Shown here in pieces: positions 1-13,050 of a DNA stretch of 64,000 bases; the first letter of the stretch is position 1; every line of letters starts with the position of its first letter. Origin of the DNA: Lepidodermella squamata (taxonomy: Eukaryota; Animalia; Gastrotricha); assembly GCA_047495785.1 (NCBI GenBank), contig JBLDXI010000026.1:434001-498000 (forward strand), given 5' to 3'. Below the pieces are notes generated by a model. That model had not been told where the DNA came from and did no database searches. It saw only the letters and a list, made by a program, of their open reading frames with translations. A program made the position numbers and the translations under genes.

Positions 1-2268
1 TTTAAATTCACTAATTTTTCACCTTTTGCACTCTCACACTCTCACAGATAATCCCATTGCTATCCGCACTTTTTTACTCTGAATGAGATTATCCAAAATG
101 TGGTAAACCGTGTTATCATCGTATATTGAGCGCTCGTCACAAGCGCATGTGACAGCATACACCTGATATCGCTGATCGTGAAATGAAAAAAATGAAATAA
201 CTGGAATATAACTTCATACGCAAAAGATGGCGTTTTCGAAAAGTCGCGTTCCTACTCGAAACCGTGCGGGCGCAAGTTTGGCACCGGATCCTGTTGACCA
301 AAGCCAACATTTTATGCAATTTCTGAATGATTTAGACACATTAGTACATACATGCTAAGAATGAAATCGGCAGCAGACGCCAGTCACGCGCACGCTGGCT
401 GACCTTTATACATGAGATGTACTGCCTCATACATCCGCGTACATTCATGTTTGCGCGTGTGTATGTAAACTCTATCCGCGATAGCGCGGCCTGCCTCAGT
501 CTACGCATTTCTATAGGAGAGTCAGAATGAGTTTAGGTTATTTGGAAAATCTTCCGCCACATCTTTACATTGGTAAATTTGGGACAGTTATAACTCACTA
601 AAACTTTGTCGTATTTCTATCAGAGAAAATTGTTCAAACCCATCTTCAAATTTGCTGTCGAGTGGTGTTTAAAATTCGTCTATATATTCAGTATGAGACA
701 TGCAGTGATTCGGCATGTTTTTCAAGCCTACAATGAGCCATCGCTGATTATTTTTAGATTTTAACATCAGTGGCATGAGTAATTTGACCGGGCTGCATAG
801 CCTGCTGTTTAGCAACTATGTTCCGCTTCAAAGCTACACAATACGCAAGGTGACCTTGCCACATTAAAATCGAATTCCTTCAAATTAACAAGCGATATTA
901 GTATCGGCGTCCTATAGGCTGAAATCATTCTCAGGGTGGCTGCTAATGTCACTCTAAGATCTGCGAAGTGAATCATGGCTGCGCCTTAATAGTAGTTATG
1001 AGATGCGCGTGGTTCCATGGTTCCAACTTGTGATTTCGATCATCGGTTTTCGCCAGCGATCGGAAAGAATTGGCTGCAGAAGCCTGGAAATCCTAGAAAG
1101 GAGCCGATAAACATCATCAGGGCCATCTTCACCCAGAACACCTGTCGTGAAATTCTCTTCAAAGCAATGTGCGCAAGCCCAACATTTCTTGTCGGAATCA
1201 AGGTAAAGCGCCTGAATGAGCTAGATGAGGATCTGGACGCACTTCCTTCCTGACACTATATGATCAACGCTTGGCAGTAAAAACTATGGTCGAATCGAAA
1301 CTGCTGTCTGCAGATCATCGGTATCATTTCCCCGCCAAAATTATATCCAACGATTACCGAGGCAGGACTGCTGTTTGTCATCATCAAGAGAAGATGTTCT
1401 TCGGACTTCCTGCGCTTCCTGCGTGCTGACGCTTTGCTTCGAAAAGCTCTGCAGAAGTCTATTCACTTTTCAAGGTGCAATTATTAGCCGTTAAAAATGG
1501 CAAAAAATGCACTCTGCAGCAGTCCTCAATTTTAGCGCAGACCATGTGGCAGCTAAATCTTGAGCTGGGTCAATGGACGTGAAACCTTCTTTCAGAGCTT
1601 GAATATGAGCCTTGCAGGTGAGTAATACAATTTATTCTACTGCTAGCTTCTCTCGCATGACTCGCCCATTGTATATTTTAGTTTGAAAAATATTAGAAAA
1701 ATCTGCCTATAGCGCGCAATCTTGTTAATACTAGCAGGTTATAAATGTGTAGACGTTTCTGGGAGATGAATTTCAAGGACCACTTTAAAGGAGATGAGTT
1801 TTGCGAAAGTTTTGACGTATAATCATTACTGCGACACTAGTCGAAGACTTGCCTTGCGTAGCCATTATTGCGTGGCCAAGGGAAATAAAAATAATTTACC
1901 TAGGTATAGTTTTGCGGCTAGTTGCATCCATACTTGTTTTGTGGCCTTACACTGTGGAATACTTACACTCAGTTATTGTGGCCTCAGTTATTGTATTATT
2001 GTTGGGTGTAGGGTGATAATGCAATGTGGTAATGCAGGGTATTGGTAAACATTGAGTGGGAAACAGCAAAACGAGAAAACTCCCAAGAAACTTTAAATTG
2101 GTCAAACAGAGAATTCCGCCATCATTTTTCAGGTTTTTCCTACTTTGTCAGTCTTGTGAATTTTTAGCAAATATTCAGCAAACACAGAATTATAGTGGAG
2201 TTCTTGGGATATCGACGATTCCGGACAATTTTACCTTGATATATGGGGAATTTAGTCACCTAGACTCC

Positions 2269-2301
2269 GGAATTGGGTCGGAATTGGGTCGGAATTGGGT
2301 C
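2269..2301. repeat. Short tandem repeat (GGAATTGGGTC)x3
   Basis: Three consecutive 11-bp units read directly from the sequence. Confidence 0.85.
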
Positions 2302-2933
2302 CTAACTTCAGCCAACTCACCCAGTTACGCTAATACATTATGTTCGTTCCGTTGAATTTTTCTCGACGTGCTGGAGTGTAAAAATCGTCTTTTGCGCTTC
2401 CCGCCCCCTTCTCGCCCATTTAAAGTCATATTTTGGGATCACAGATTGTCTCAACAATGCACATTTGTTGAGTTGCGTACAAAAAATTGGTGCAATGCAC
2501 TTTGTGCCCAACTTTCGTCCGGTCGGGGTTCGGGGTTAGGCCGCAGCGGCCGAATGGAGGAAGTGGCCGAAATTAGGGATTTCTACTGCATATACAAATG
2601 GGGAGTTGTGCATTAGCAAACAAGTTCCAGCTATTGCTAAATTATTGCTATTGTTATTTTGAGAAAAGCAAACATAAATCCCTTTTGTTAAATCATTTTT
2701 TTCTAAATTCAAATTTATTCGTCCATTAGTCACTAAAATAAGCATCCTATCTAAACCTTTCAAACCATAACTCGTAATTACGTAGCAAGTTTGGTAATGC
2801 TCAAAACATCTTTCCTGATCTGCTGATGTTTTTAAGCTACAGGTGCATAAAGCATGAAAAATACTTGCACGCAGATGATGTGAATTGAGGGACCGTAATT
2901 TAGAGAAAAATAAGGGAATAGTCTACATGGCCA

Positions 2934-3160
2934 CACCAGAAAAAGTCACCCTGATTGGGGTGATACTATTACCTTGTGAAATCCCCTCAGTTAGGGCCCT
3001 GTGAGTACCTATAACCCTAATTCACCGATTTTTCAACATTTATCTGAATTCATGCCCGAATTCACCTTAATTGATCAACCGAATTCTGAAATCTATCGAA
3101 AGCGCGAATTTAGGTACCGAAACTGAATGCATTTCGGTAGATAAATTAGGGTGAGTTTTT
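2934..3160 (-). mobile_element. MITE copy (same family as 18974-19218), inverted and truncated at one end
   Basis: Begins CACCAGAAAAAGTCACCCT and shares internal GTGAAATCCCCTCA-TTAGGGCCCTGTGAGTA, TTTTCAACATTTATCTGAATTCATGCCC and TTTCGGTAGATAAATTAGGGTGA with the reverse complement of the 18974 element. Confidence 0.75.
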
Positions 3161-6100
3161 GATGAGGAATATGGTTAGGAATATAGTTTCCCCCCGAAAT
3201 CGAATCCCGAGTGATTTAGTCGCAGTCAAACGAATCGGGGGGTTCCACTCTGTTCTGATCAAAACAAAGCAAAGCAAAATCGCAGCTTACTCATTTTAAA
3301 ACAAACTAAACCGTGACAAGGTTAGTTCGCCTAAGAGTATTCATCGCTGATTTGACTGATTCAGCTCAGCTCGCAAATTTATCGGCAATCGCCTCATTCT
3401 TCTTCTTCATGCAATGGATGATGTCAAAATATTCCATCCCTCAGATGATTCGCGCTCAACTATACAGTAAATATTTCAACTAATTGTTTAGCTTACTATT
3501 CATTTTTCTATTTTTTCGCAAATTGATCCAGATTTTTTAATTTATAAATTCGCAGGCAATTGGTCAATGGAAAGGTTCACGGGAAACCTGAATTCCATCC
3601 TGCTTCAGTGCGCGTCGGCGATTTCGGCGAGTGGCCTCGTCATGTCCTATTAAGTGCGCCATTCCCCCAACAACCGTTTTGACGCCCCGACTTCCTCTGT
3701 ACCCAATAAAAGGAATTCCGAAAAGTCGTACGTCAACGACTACGGCAACGAAAACAAGTCGACGATAACAGCAAAGACGATGATGCAGCCTAAAGACCGG
3801 TAGGGCCGAGTACGAAAACGAAAACGTCACGGCAGAGTTGTCCTCGGGTCCATAATTGACCCGAGTCGGACTAAACCTAAACCCGGACCCGATCTACCCG
3901 ACCAGTGGAAAACTCACGGCGACGGGGCATCACCGTTCAGCTACTAAGCCCCTTGACACAATAATGGCCGTCTGCCGTCTTTTCACATTCAATAATCTGG
4001 TCTGATCGAAAACATGGCAAAGTTTGCAACATGCGATGCATTGATGGCTGCCTTGAACTCAAACTCAAAGCTAAGACAAAACGATTTCTCGTTGGCGCAA
4101 TTGCTCTTTTGTCAGACTGCGTCGTCTGTCAGAGAAATAAACGGCGGATAAGCCGCAAAAAGCCGTCGAAAAAACGAAGAAAGACGGATCAACAGAAGAC
4201 AATGAAAATAATGTCGTCAATAAGGCCATTATCACCGTGAGATTATTTCTGAAACTGGTTTACCTCGTACTCATTTCGTCAACCGATCACGCAACCCCAG
4301 TTAAGTTTCTTTAACCAACATGGTTGTATCAATAAACTACAATAAAAACCTGCGTGGTTGCTTCGAGCCCAATTGCTTGGTCGAAACATCTATCCGCCGG
4401 TTCGCTGCCAGTTTCGGAGGAATTTTGGTCTTCTCTAGTTGTTGGCAGCTACGACTTATTATATTGCTCATCAACCTGGTTTTGGTGACAGTAGATATTC
4501 GCGAATTCTTACACCATTCGATAATTTAAAGTCTTCGCTGAACTACAGCCAACTACCATCAGCCCTGATAAAAGATAAAAGCATGTCTGCCGTTATCTTG
4601 GCAAGCCTCTTCCACGATTGAAGCCAACGCATGCGTCTCCCAATCAGCAACTCGGACCACTTGTGTTGCGACATGCTGCTAGAAGGTAATATATCTTTAA
4701 TGTTAATTATTTTTAAGCTTCGTCACTTCCTAGGTAACAGGATGCTCATGGGGTTGTTACTATTTTTTGACTTGGGCACCTCTACTACAACTTTGGCCGA
4801 CGATTTTGATTTGCCGGATTTACACTGATTATAAGCCGGCCTCAACCGAAATGAACACCATCTGGCCGACCTGTGCGCTCATCTACCAGGCTCAACACTG
4901 TTCATATTCACTATTCACCACATCGGCAACCACTGGATATTGTCCTTTTCACTGCAGAGCGACGAGCCTCTCATTTGCTTCTCTTCTGTGACAATCATAT
5001 CCAAAGCAAGGAGCGAGGTGAAGAGACATCTAAAAGTAAAACTCTTCGCCTGCAAGATGTACTAAACGTCTGATATTTTCTCGAAAATAAAACGCAGAAC
5101 GAAGGTTGGCAAAAAAATCATGTTTACTGTTAAAGAGAGAGAGATTTCTCCTATGATTGAGGCTAAAAAACGATGCAGATAGTGTTTCTGTATTCCTGTA
5201 CAATACAGAAACACTTTTATTAAGATGGACTTTTTATTATCGCATTTTCCTATATAAATGGCGTACAAGATCACTTTACTCAGAATTCTGAGCCAAGATT
5301 GCTTAAATATATAAAGTAATAAGTACGCGGAGAGTAATAAGTAGATCGTTTATCGCCTCTCGTACCCTGGGGATATATAAGATCAGATGCAAGAATATCA
5401 TCCATATCGTTCACGTCGTGGGAGAACTCGCATTTCGGAAAAAGTCCGACTGTACACTGAGTACAGTAGGTGTAAATATAATGGAAAAAGAAAAAACATA
5501 GCCAGCCTACCGTGCTTGACAGTACAGTAATCAGAAAAAAACACCGAAGTTCGAGTTCTTCCGCGACGTGTACGATATAGTGACGCCAAAATTGCGTCTA
5601 AAAATGCCTTACAATAGAAACCTGCAGCTCTTACAGTGAAACGGGCTCATCTACCGTATCATCGTCGCAGACAAAAATTAAGCCTGAAATATCGATTACC
5701 CTGGACGCTCTTTTTTCAGGATTTATCTTGAGACGTAATTTTGACTTCACTACCGATGCCACATATTGACCTGGAATAACCTAATGACGTCTAACCTAAT
5801 GTTTGAGCCACCACATCGATAGCGTTTATAGAAAATTCAGATATTTCAAACTTGTTACTGTAACAGACGAGTGGTGAGCGTCTCAAAAAACAGCGCGCCC
5901 GTGTTTTTTAGATGAACTGAAAGTGACGGTCGCTAATGCAAGTTTTTCATTGAAAACGCCTCTTATGAGGAATTTTTTAATCGAAGGCTTACGCCGCAAA
6001 CGAAATCATTAGACTGATTAATGCCGGCGTGTGCTTTTTGCTACAGTACTTCCATGCGAACGCGTAATCGCGCATGTGCCAACAATGCGCGCTCGCGCAC

Positions 6101-6327
6101 CAGTTGCATAACCGGCACACGCAAACATAAATGTACTACGCACTACAGTTTTTTTCTTATTGCGCAACATCGGTGAGGCATGTAGCAAATATTCGCACAC
6201 ATTTTTGCTCAGCGCGGCAGCGCGGTCATTTTGGCACCAATTTCGTCTTTATTCGACCATGTAACACATGAAAAATGGCTAAAATTAGGTATAAAATCCA
6301 TTAACCACCAGCCAGTTTGCATGGCAC

Positions 6328-6598
6328 GAAATATGCCAAGAGTCATTTTTTGAATATTTCTAAGAATTTAAGGCTAAGCATGAATTCTGAATTGAACACT
6401 GCGTCTTATAGAGAATGTTGCGCTGAATTCACTTGTGAATTTTCTAGAATTATTGCGGGCAATTTTGACATGAAATAAATATCCGAAAAGCGATTTCAGG
6501 CCACTAGAAAATTCTAAAATTTGGTTCCGCTAACAGCATATTTGGTTCCGATACAGCAAATTTGGTTCCGCTCACTGTAAATTTGGTTCCGGTAACAG
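6328..6598. repeat. Dispersed repeat ending in about 20-bp ATTTGGTTCCG-core tandem subrepeats; second copy at 35034-35238
   Basis: Shared AAATATGCC-AGAGTCATTTTTTGAATA...GGCTAAGCATGAATTCTGAATT and AAATATCCGAAAAGCGATTTCAGGCCACTAGAAAATTC; four ATTTGGTTCCG units in this copy. Confidence 0.8.
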
Positions 6599-6939
6599 GA
6601 AGACCCAATGATTAATCCGAGAGTATGGCGTCTTTGTTTCTGACCAATGATTCCGAAATCTTCTCAGGAAAGTGGCTGGATGTTAGCTTTTCTTCCACTG
6701 ACAGCAATCTCGTTCTAAATGTCACATTGACCCGAGTTGATAGTTATTATCATAAAAAGTTCCTCGAGTTCAAGGTGAGGCAGAGAATTCTCAGAATAGG
6801 ATATTGACAGAAACCATCTTCATGCGTACGCATAAATTGTGATGGAATTCTACCAAGTGATGCAGTGTACGATCGAAAGAACGTTGTCAGTTGAATTCAG
6901 CGAACATGGCAATGTGAGCTGTTAATTCATTTTATCTCT

Positions 6940-7317
6940 AAGAACTCCTGATCTTAACCAGCTGGAACTTGGGACTGGCGGAAAAGCCGCGCATTTCGGA
7001 AATTTATCTTTGTTACTCGATATCAAGCTGGCCCGCTCATTAATTTTCTAATTTATCTCCTATCGCGACTTCGAAACATGTTGACATCACTGAGCTAGTA
7101 CATCTAATAACAGCGAATTAATGACTTCAAAGAGTATGTTCACTCTCGCAGCGAACGCGATCGGCATTTGGAATTATCGACTTTCTTTAGCATACGAAAA
7201 TCAGCTCGGAATAGCAACTGCTGTTATGAAGCAAGACGCAATACAAAGACCGACCTTTATGAAAATGCCGATGCTGATCCAACTTCCCAAGTACAAAACG
7301 TCAAGCCATCATTATAG
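6940..7317 (+). pseudogene. Decayed relic of a nuclear-receptor-like gene (most similar to copy E at 24643-26292)
   Basis: Fragments match E exons: CCTGATCTTAACCA..CTGGCGGAAAA, CGAAAC..GACATCACT-AGCTAGTA and GCAACTGCTGTTATGAAGCAA...CCAACTTCC...CGTCAAGCCATCATTATAG, with deletions and frameshifts. Confidence 0.7.
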
Positions 7318-7915
7318 TCTCTCATGGGTGTTTAGTAAACTGTCCAAAATTGCAAAAAATTTCGTTCGAGTTTTTCTGATATGATGGTGTTTTTGTACCA
7401 AATTTCGAGGACATTTGCGCTGTGACCCGCCGCTAGATAGCCTTTCAGGACAAATGAGCCAGTTGGACACTGTGCGCTCTCTAGCATCTAGCAGCTTCCC
7501 GCGCTGAAATGACTTCGCTAACTATACTTAATTGATTTATATCGAGCAAGAACTAGCTAGACTTGCGACTCCTCACACATTTTTTACTAGGTACTTATTT
7601 CCACCTAAACTCCGCAGTTCGAGTTTTGCAAAATATGGGAAAATCATTATATTAGGAAAACTAGTCCCTCCCTGTCAGTGCTATAAACATCTACATCTTC
7701 CTAGCTCTATAGGTATGCGTGCAGCTCTCAAGTCGATTCAGCTTTGTTGCCACGTAATACCTCTGTTGATGTATATATCACCTCCATTTATCAGCAAAAT
7801 GAGGCATTTTTCGCTGTTAGCTGATGACCTAGTCCGATCTACTAAGGATCTTGTATCGTGTGGCAGTACGAGCTATTTGAACTTTCCACTTAAGTTTAAG
7901 CAATGGTCTTGTTCA

Positions 7916-8088
7916 CTATTCCTACATGCGCATGGTAAAATTTAGCCATTGGGAAATTTAATTTCTCTATGGCTGAATTAAATTTTTTAAGGCGGACTTT
8001 TTATTTCAATTTTTTACGCTATTTTCATAGGGGTATGACCCTTTAACACCCCAAAAAGTGGCTCCAGATAGTGCGCATGTAGGAATAG
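7916..8088. mobile_element. Small inverted-repeat element (MITE-like), 17-bp perfect TIR
   Basis: CTATTCCTACATGCGCA at 7916 and its reverse complement TGCGCATGTAGGAATAG ending at 8088. Confidence 0.6.
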
Positions 8089-8742
8089 CATTACTCTATG
8101 GCTTTCCATGGAGAAATAAAATTTCCCCCCTCTCTGGAACCCCTCGCTAGCCATAGAGTATTCCCTTATTTCGTGATGATGTCAATACTTTAGCTTTTTG
8201 CCCGAAAATGATGCCGGCATCAAATAAATGTCAGGGTAGGGATACTCACTGTAAGGACCCTCTTTCTCTGAACGGTTCTCAGTGGTCAAGGTTAGTTTTG
8301 GTTGCTGGTCGAACATTCGTAAATGATGGACTATGATTCAGCTGTACCATAGAGAACTTCGTTCTCTATGAGCTGTACGGTATAGTTGGACATTTGAAAG
8401 CTCATAGTTTTGAGTTCTACAAGTTCAAATTGGACATTTCGAACACGGACGGCGATATCGTCAAGCGTAACTAGGTCGTATAAATGTAGACACCGGACAC
8501 CTTCCCTGCTCCTTCCTGCTGACGCTGTACGGATGAATGAATAATATCTTTGTTGTCATGCTCAGTAGCACTCCGAATAAAGCACTACTTACAACTTACA
8601 TAATCTGACGGGATTGTTGTCACTCAATGAAACACGGATGAGTACTTAAAAAACCGATAAATCAATTCAGTTTATGTAGGTTGTCCTTCTACGTTTGATA
8701 GCTTCGCTTATCACTTCAGCTGAAACAATTCAAAACATCATC

Positions 8743-10638
8743 ATGGACTACAACAGCAACCGTCTCGTGCAGAAACAGAGAGTCACAGTCTACTGCAATG
8801 TTGCAACTTTACATGGCTTTTTGACTTTTTTAATCCATTTCTTTCATAGGTCTGTGGCAAAGTTGTTCCGCCGAGGACGCGATACAACCCGCGGCAGTGT
8901 AGCGCTTGCCAGGTTAACTACGGCACAAATTTGTCACACTATTTTCTCCACTATATGTAAATATTTAGAAATTTTTCACTCGACAATCCGATCGAAGAAA
9001 CGAATTTCAATGCGTCACTGGGAGATTTGACTGCGAAATAAAACCGGAACAATATCGTAACTGTTGCAGTCGTTGCCGGCTGGAAAAATGCTTTGCAGTG
9101 CGTGAACGAAGACGTATGAAATATTTTAATTTGATTACTCTATGGAATGAGCAAATTACATTGCCCAGATATTACGAGGCAGCTTGCTGGGCCTTCTACT
9201 ACTGATACTAGGTTGGATGGTTCGAGCCGCTATACTGCTAGTGAAGAGTCGGCAACATCAAACATTATTCCCGATTATAGCTGGAATTCAACGATACCAA
9301 GCAATCCCGATCTATTTCAATTCAGTGCGGCGGAGAGAGCCACCAACAGGTCAATTATTGGGCTCACGGTCCTGCATGACTTCCATTCGGTAATTTATCG
9401 CTCAATTCTGGGCTCATATTAGTTTCGTCCAGCCTCCAGGCGTCGGTTGCGCAGTTGGAGGGTAAAAGAGGACTAATGCGCGAACCTTAGTCGAAAATTT
9501 TATAAATTTCAAGGCCTCGTGCGGTAATGCCAGCTTTGATTATTTAGATTATTTAGGCGGCTTTTATTCCAAAAGTAATTCAGCGATTCTCTATCGCATC
9601 AGAGATCGCATAGATATAGGGTTCTCGCGATAAATATTAATAGGAACATGTTTTACGCGCATCTTAACTTTCGAGAAGCGAGTACGCGGAAAACTTAAGA
9701 TGCGGGTGAAACTTATTTTTTTCGCGCTCAAAACTAATATGGGCCCGGAATTTATCTGTACTTCCCTTGTTCTTGTCTAACCACTCGTCAAAATTGTTAC
9801 GGACCAAATTCAGTTCCCGCTGCTAAGAAAGAGCGTTCCTTACGATGACGTTACCAAGTTAGCATCAGAATTTTCCAACCTTCACGTCGAGATGTTCAAC
9901 AAAGCCAGCTCAAGATTCGCACAATACATGAAAGGTATATAAGGATAATCTTTTGAGCTGATCAGGCGAATGCCTACTTTTTTCTTGCAGAAGCTTTCGC
10001 CCTTTCTAACAGCGAGTTGGCAGAAATAGCTGCGGTAGGATGGACTTTAGTCGCACATGCTTTCCCATGTCAACCTGGCGATGAAAATCCAATCTCCATC
10101 AGCAAAGCTATCATGCCACAATTTTTGTCTATTTTCCCCGAGTTTGAGGTAAATCATCTGCTCTTCTTATTTCCATTCTGCCTAGTGATCATTGCTTATC
10201 GGATTTTGAATGTGGCATTTCGGCATGATTTTAACATGATTTTAACCTTTTGCAGCCGCTCATTCTTTGGGCAAAGGAGCTTTCACACGTCTTTAGCGAA
10301 TGGCAACCAACAATGCCGGAATTTGCTCTATTCATTTGTTTCCTGTTTTTCAGTGGTAAGTGCTGAGCCGTATTATAGTAATTTATTGTATATCATCCTG
10401 ATGTCTTTCCTACTTAGGATCAAAGACTCCAGCAATGCTTCGACGAGCGGATGTTTTGCAGAAATCCCTCTTAATGCATTACGTTTCTCTAAGAGGAGAC
10501 TGTCAGTGGCAGGACGGGATGAATCACGTCGAAAAGGCAATGACTATCATGAAGCGAGTTGCAGCGTATAGGCCGATATTTGTGAAAAAAGCGGAGGATC
10601 GCTCGAGGCTCTGGTTGCGCAACATCGATTTCTCATGA
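8743..10638 (+). CDS. Divergent nuclear-receptor-like gene, copy A (8 exons)
   Basis: Spliced model MDYNSN...VYCN|VCGKVVPPRTRYNPRQCSACQ|KFFTRQSDRRNEFQCVTGRFDCEIKPEQYRNCCSRCRLEKC..., then LBD-like FAQYMK|EAFALSNSELAEIAAVGW and PTMPEFALFICFLFFS; GT-AG introns at positions shared with paralogs. Confidence 0.85.
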
Positions 10639-10925
10639 ATCTCAGCCGCGTTTCAAACTGCAGCCTAGTTCGATGATAGAAAAGCATACAACATATATTT
10701 AAAAATAAAATTTTCCTATTTTCGATAGGTAATAAGGAGGCCGTGCACAACGGTTTTTCGACTGTGAACCACTGTCCTAGGTTTCATTGCTTTTCACGAA
10801 AACTGATACATTATTCTAGGGTGGCATGGTAGCCATACTGAGACGCCGGCGCTGGTTAAGAACTGGTTAGCTGGTTAGTTAGTTCCAAAGGTCATCGTGG
10901 CAATAAATAGTCTCATTATCAGCAT

Positions 10926-11190
10926 TGGGGATAATTTTCGGTCACATGACTATCGGCTTCGAAAATGTCGATGATCAGTTTGTTCTTCGATAGTTTGAGC
11001 AAAAACATCAGCGCGTAAAGAACGTAAAAATAAACGAGTTCGTCTTTACGCGCTAATCTTTTTGTTCGAAAATGTTGCACCTTAAAGCTGACTTTTACAA
11101 TAATGTCGGCTGTATCGCCTGCAGATAAAGCTGACTTTATGGGATAGAGTTAACTTTATCGATAAAGACGGCTTCGAAAATAACCCCAAA
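10926..11190. mobile_element. MITE-like element with imperfect TIRs and an internal hairpin
   Basis: TTGGGGATAATTTTCG ... CGAAAATAACCCCAA ends; internal inverted repeat CAAAAACATCAGCGCGTAAAGA / TCTTTACGCGCTAATCTTTTTG at about 10995-11070. Confidence 0.5.
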
Positions 11191-11842
11191 TGATAAATCA
11201 ACCGAGATAAGGAGCTTGGCCCTTATAATTTTGCATATTTAGAGCAGTGATGCTGGTGATGCTGCTCTAGTTATTTTTGTTAAGCCACGTGATGCAGTGT
11301 CATCACAGCGTCCCATGCCACTGTTGCCGCTGTTATCGCTCGTTGTATGAGCCAGGCATTGGAGGCTCAACATCTACTACCGGACAACCAGTACTGCGTT
11401 TCGAGAGCCTAGATCGGCGACCGACGTTCCAGTTCGTATCGTTCACCGCGTGCTTCAGGCTCGCTTTAACAAGCGGAAGATGATCGCTATTGGCCTTGAT
11501 GCAAAAGCCTCCTATGATTCGGTTTGGCCAGTTACCCCTGCCGCGTAACCTAAATGGATTACTTCGCGATGGGAAGCTTAAGGCTCGTGGCTCGTGTTGC
11601 CGGTTTTCTCAGCCGGCTGTTCTATGCTTGACAAGATATACCTTTTTGAAATTTTACATTTTTATTAGGTTAATTAATTAATTAATATATTTAATGACCA
11701 TTGATCCCTTTGTTGAGAGCTCGACTTGGAAAATTAAGTGCAAGTATCAAAAAAGTGCGCAGAGAGCCGTTAATATTTCAGTCCGTTTCGTTATAATTTA
11801 TAAGTCAAAACAAAGTAAGGTGAATTATAATAAAATAAATAA

Positions 11843-13050
11843 TCAACAACATATTAAATGTCTATAAACAAGCAGTCTGCAGTCATTGGCGGTGGCGCAG
11901 GCCTTGATTCCACATTCGCAGGTTGGAAAGGTGCCGTTGTAGGTGCTGATATCAACTGGCCGATGTTGGGTGCAATGGAAGTGGATTGGCAGGGTGTTGA
12001 AAAACACTTGCCCGCTGTGGCTGAGACTGGCTGAGACTGGCTTTGCCGTAGTCGATGCGGAATTAGGGAACTTTGAAGGTCGACCTGGCACTTCGAAGAC
12101 GGCTGGGCTCGTTTTTTGGTGAATAATGGCGTCGGGTGCTTCATCAATGACGCACCTGAACATTGGCTTTGCCAGGTGAAGATTTCGTTTATTGCTCAAG
12201 TCTAGCCATTCTAGTTGCTTTCGAAGAGGATCTGCGGCTGCGGAAAAAGGCGCATTCATAATTATGCGGACCGCTCGGTCTTGAAGCCTTTGAAGGCGTT
12301 CGAGGGACGTTTTACAGTGTCACAGTATTGAAGATGAGCGAATACAAGACCGTTGGCATCGCTTTGAGGCACGTGCGATTCAGTCCGTTTTTCGCAGCGA
12401 GTTGCAAAGCAAAAAGGCCCTTGCGCGCCTTACGGCAGGCGGAGTCGATCTGCTCGTGGTGACGTAGCTTGTTGTTCGCCATAGTTGATGTCAGCTGGTG
12501 AAGATGATTGACTATTGATTTTAGTTATTTGTTTTCGCCCTAAGATGTAGCTGGACATAAGGTCCAGTGAGTTTTCGTCGAATCCTGCGCTTCTTAGAGA
12601 TGAAATTATCCCGGCGGGGTTGAGCGTGCCGAAGGCTTTGCTAATATCGATGCTAATCACTGCTACAGTGAAACCCTTATCGATAGCTTGATGCCAGTCG
12701 TTAGACATTTTTGCGAGGCATGTGTCAGTTGAATGTTAGCGGCGGAATTCGAATTGAGCTGAGAAGAGGACTTCGATTCTTGCTATAATAGCAAGATTAG
12801 GAAGAACTTAGATTCGTGAAGGTATTGCTTAATTTGGATGGCTAGACAGCGTTCGAAGGTTCGGAAAAGCGGAGAAAGAATGGATATAGGCCGGTAATTG
12901 CTAATCAGTTCCTTGTCCCCGTCTTTGAAGAGCGGCTTTCCAAATATCGGGAATTCAATTTTCTGCTAACACTTTGTTGCAAATTACACAGACGTGAGGG
13001 GCTAATATCCCGGCAGATGCTTTGAGCACACATTCCGGCCCACCATCGGC
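11843..13050 (-). mobile_element. Degenerate non-LTR retrotransposon (CR1/L2-like LINE) ORF2 fragment
   Basis: Minus-strand RT motifs IPDIWKA, PLFKDGDKELISNYRPISILSPLFRTFERCLA, QFEFRR*HSTDTCL and AVISIDISKAF, followed by a typical LINE C-terminal LQRLQDRAVRII...LEWL; contains stops and frameshifts, and no YADD motif was found. Confidence 0.88.

Noticed and set aside
983-1215. Minus-strand open stretch LDSDKKCWACAHCFEE... resembling the end of a PHD finger
   Set aside because: Only one CxxC, and no convincing upstream exon could be assembled.
1-6300. Numerous 60-100 aa ORFs in the first 6 kb
   Set aside because: No recognisable motifs, consistent splice structure or paralogs; probably intergenic or repeat debris.
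6518-6598. ATTTGGTTCCG repeats with short spacers, superficially CRISPR-like
   Set aside because: Units are about 20 bp with similar spacers, there are no cas genes, the context is eukaryotic, and they belong to a dispersed repeat.
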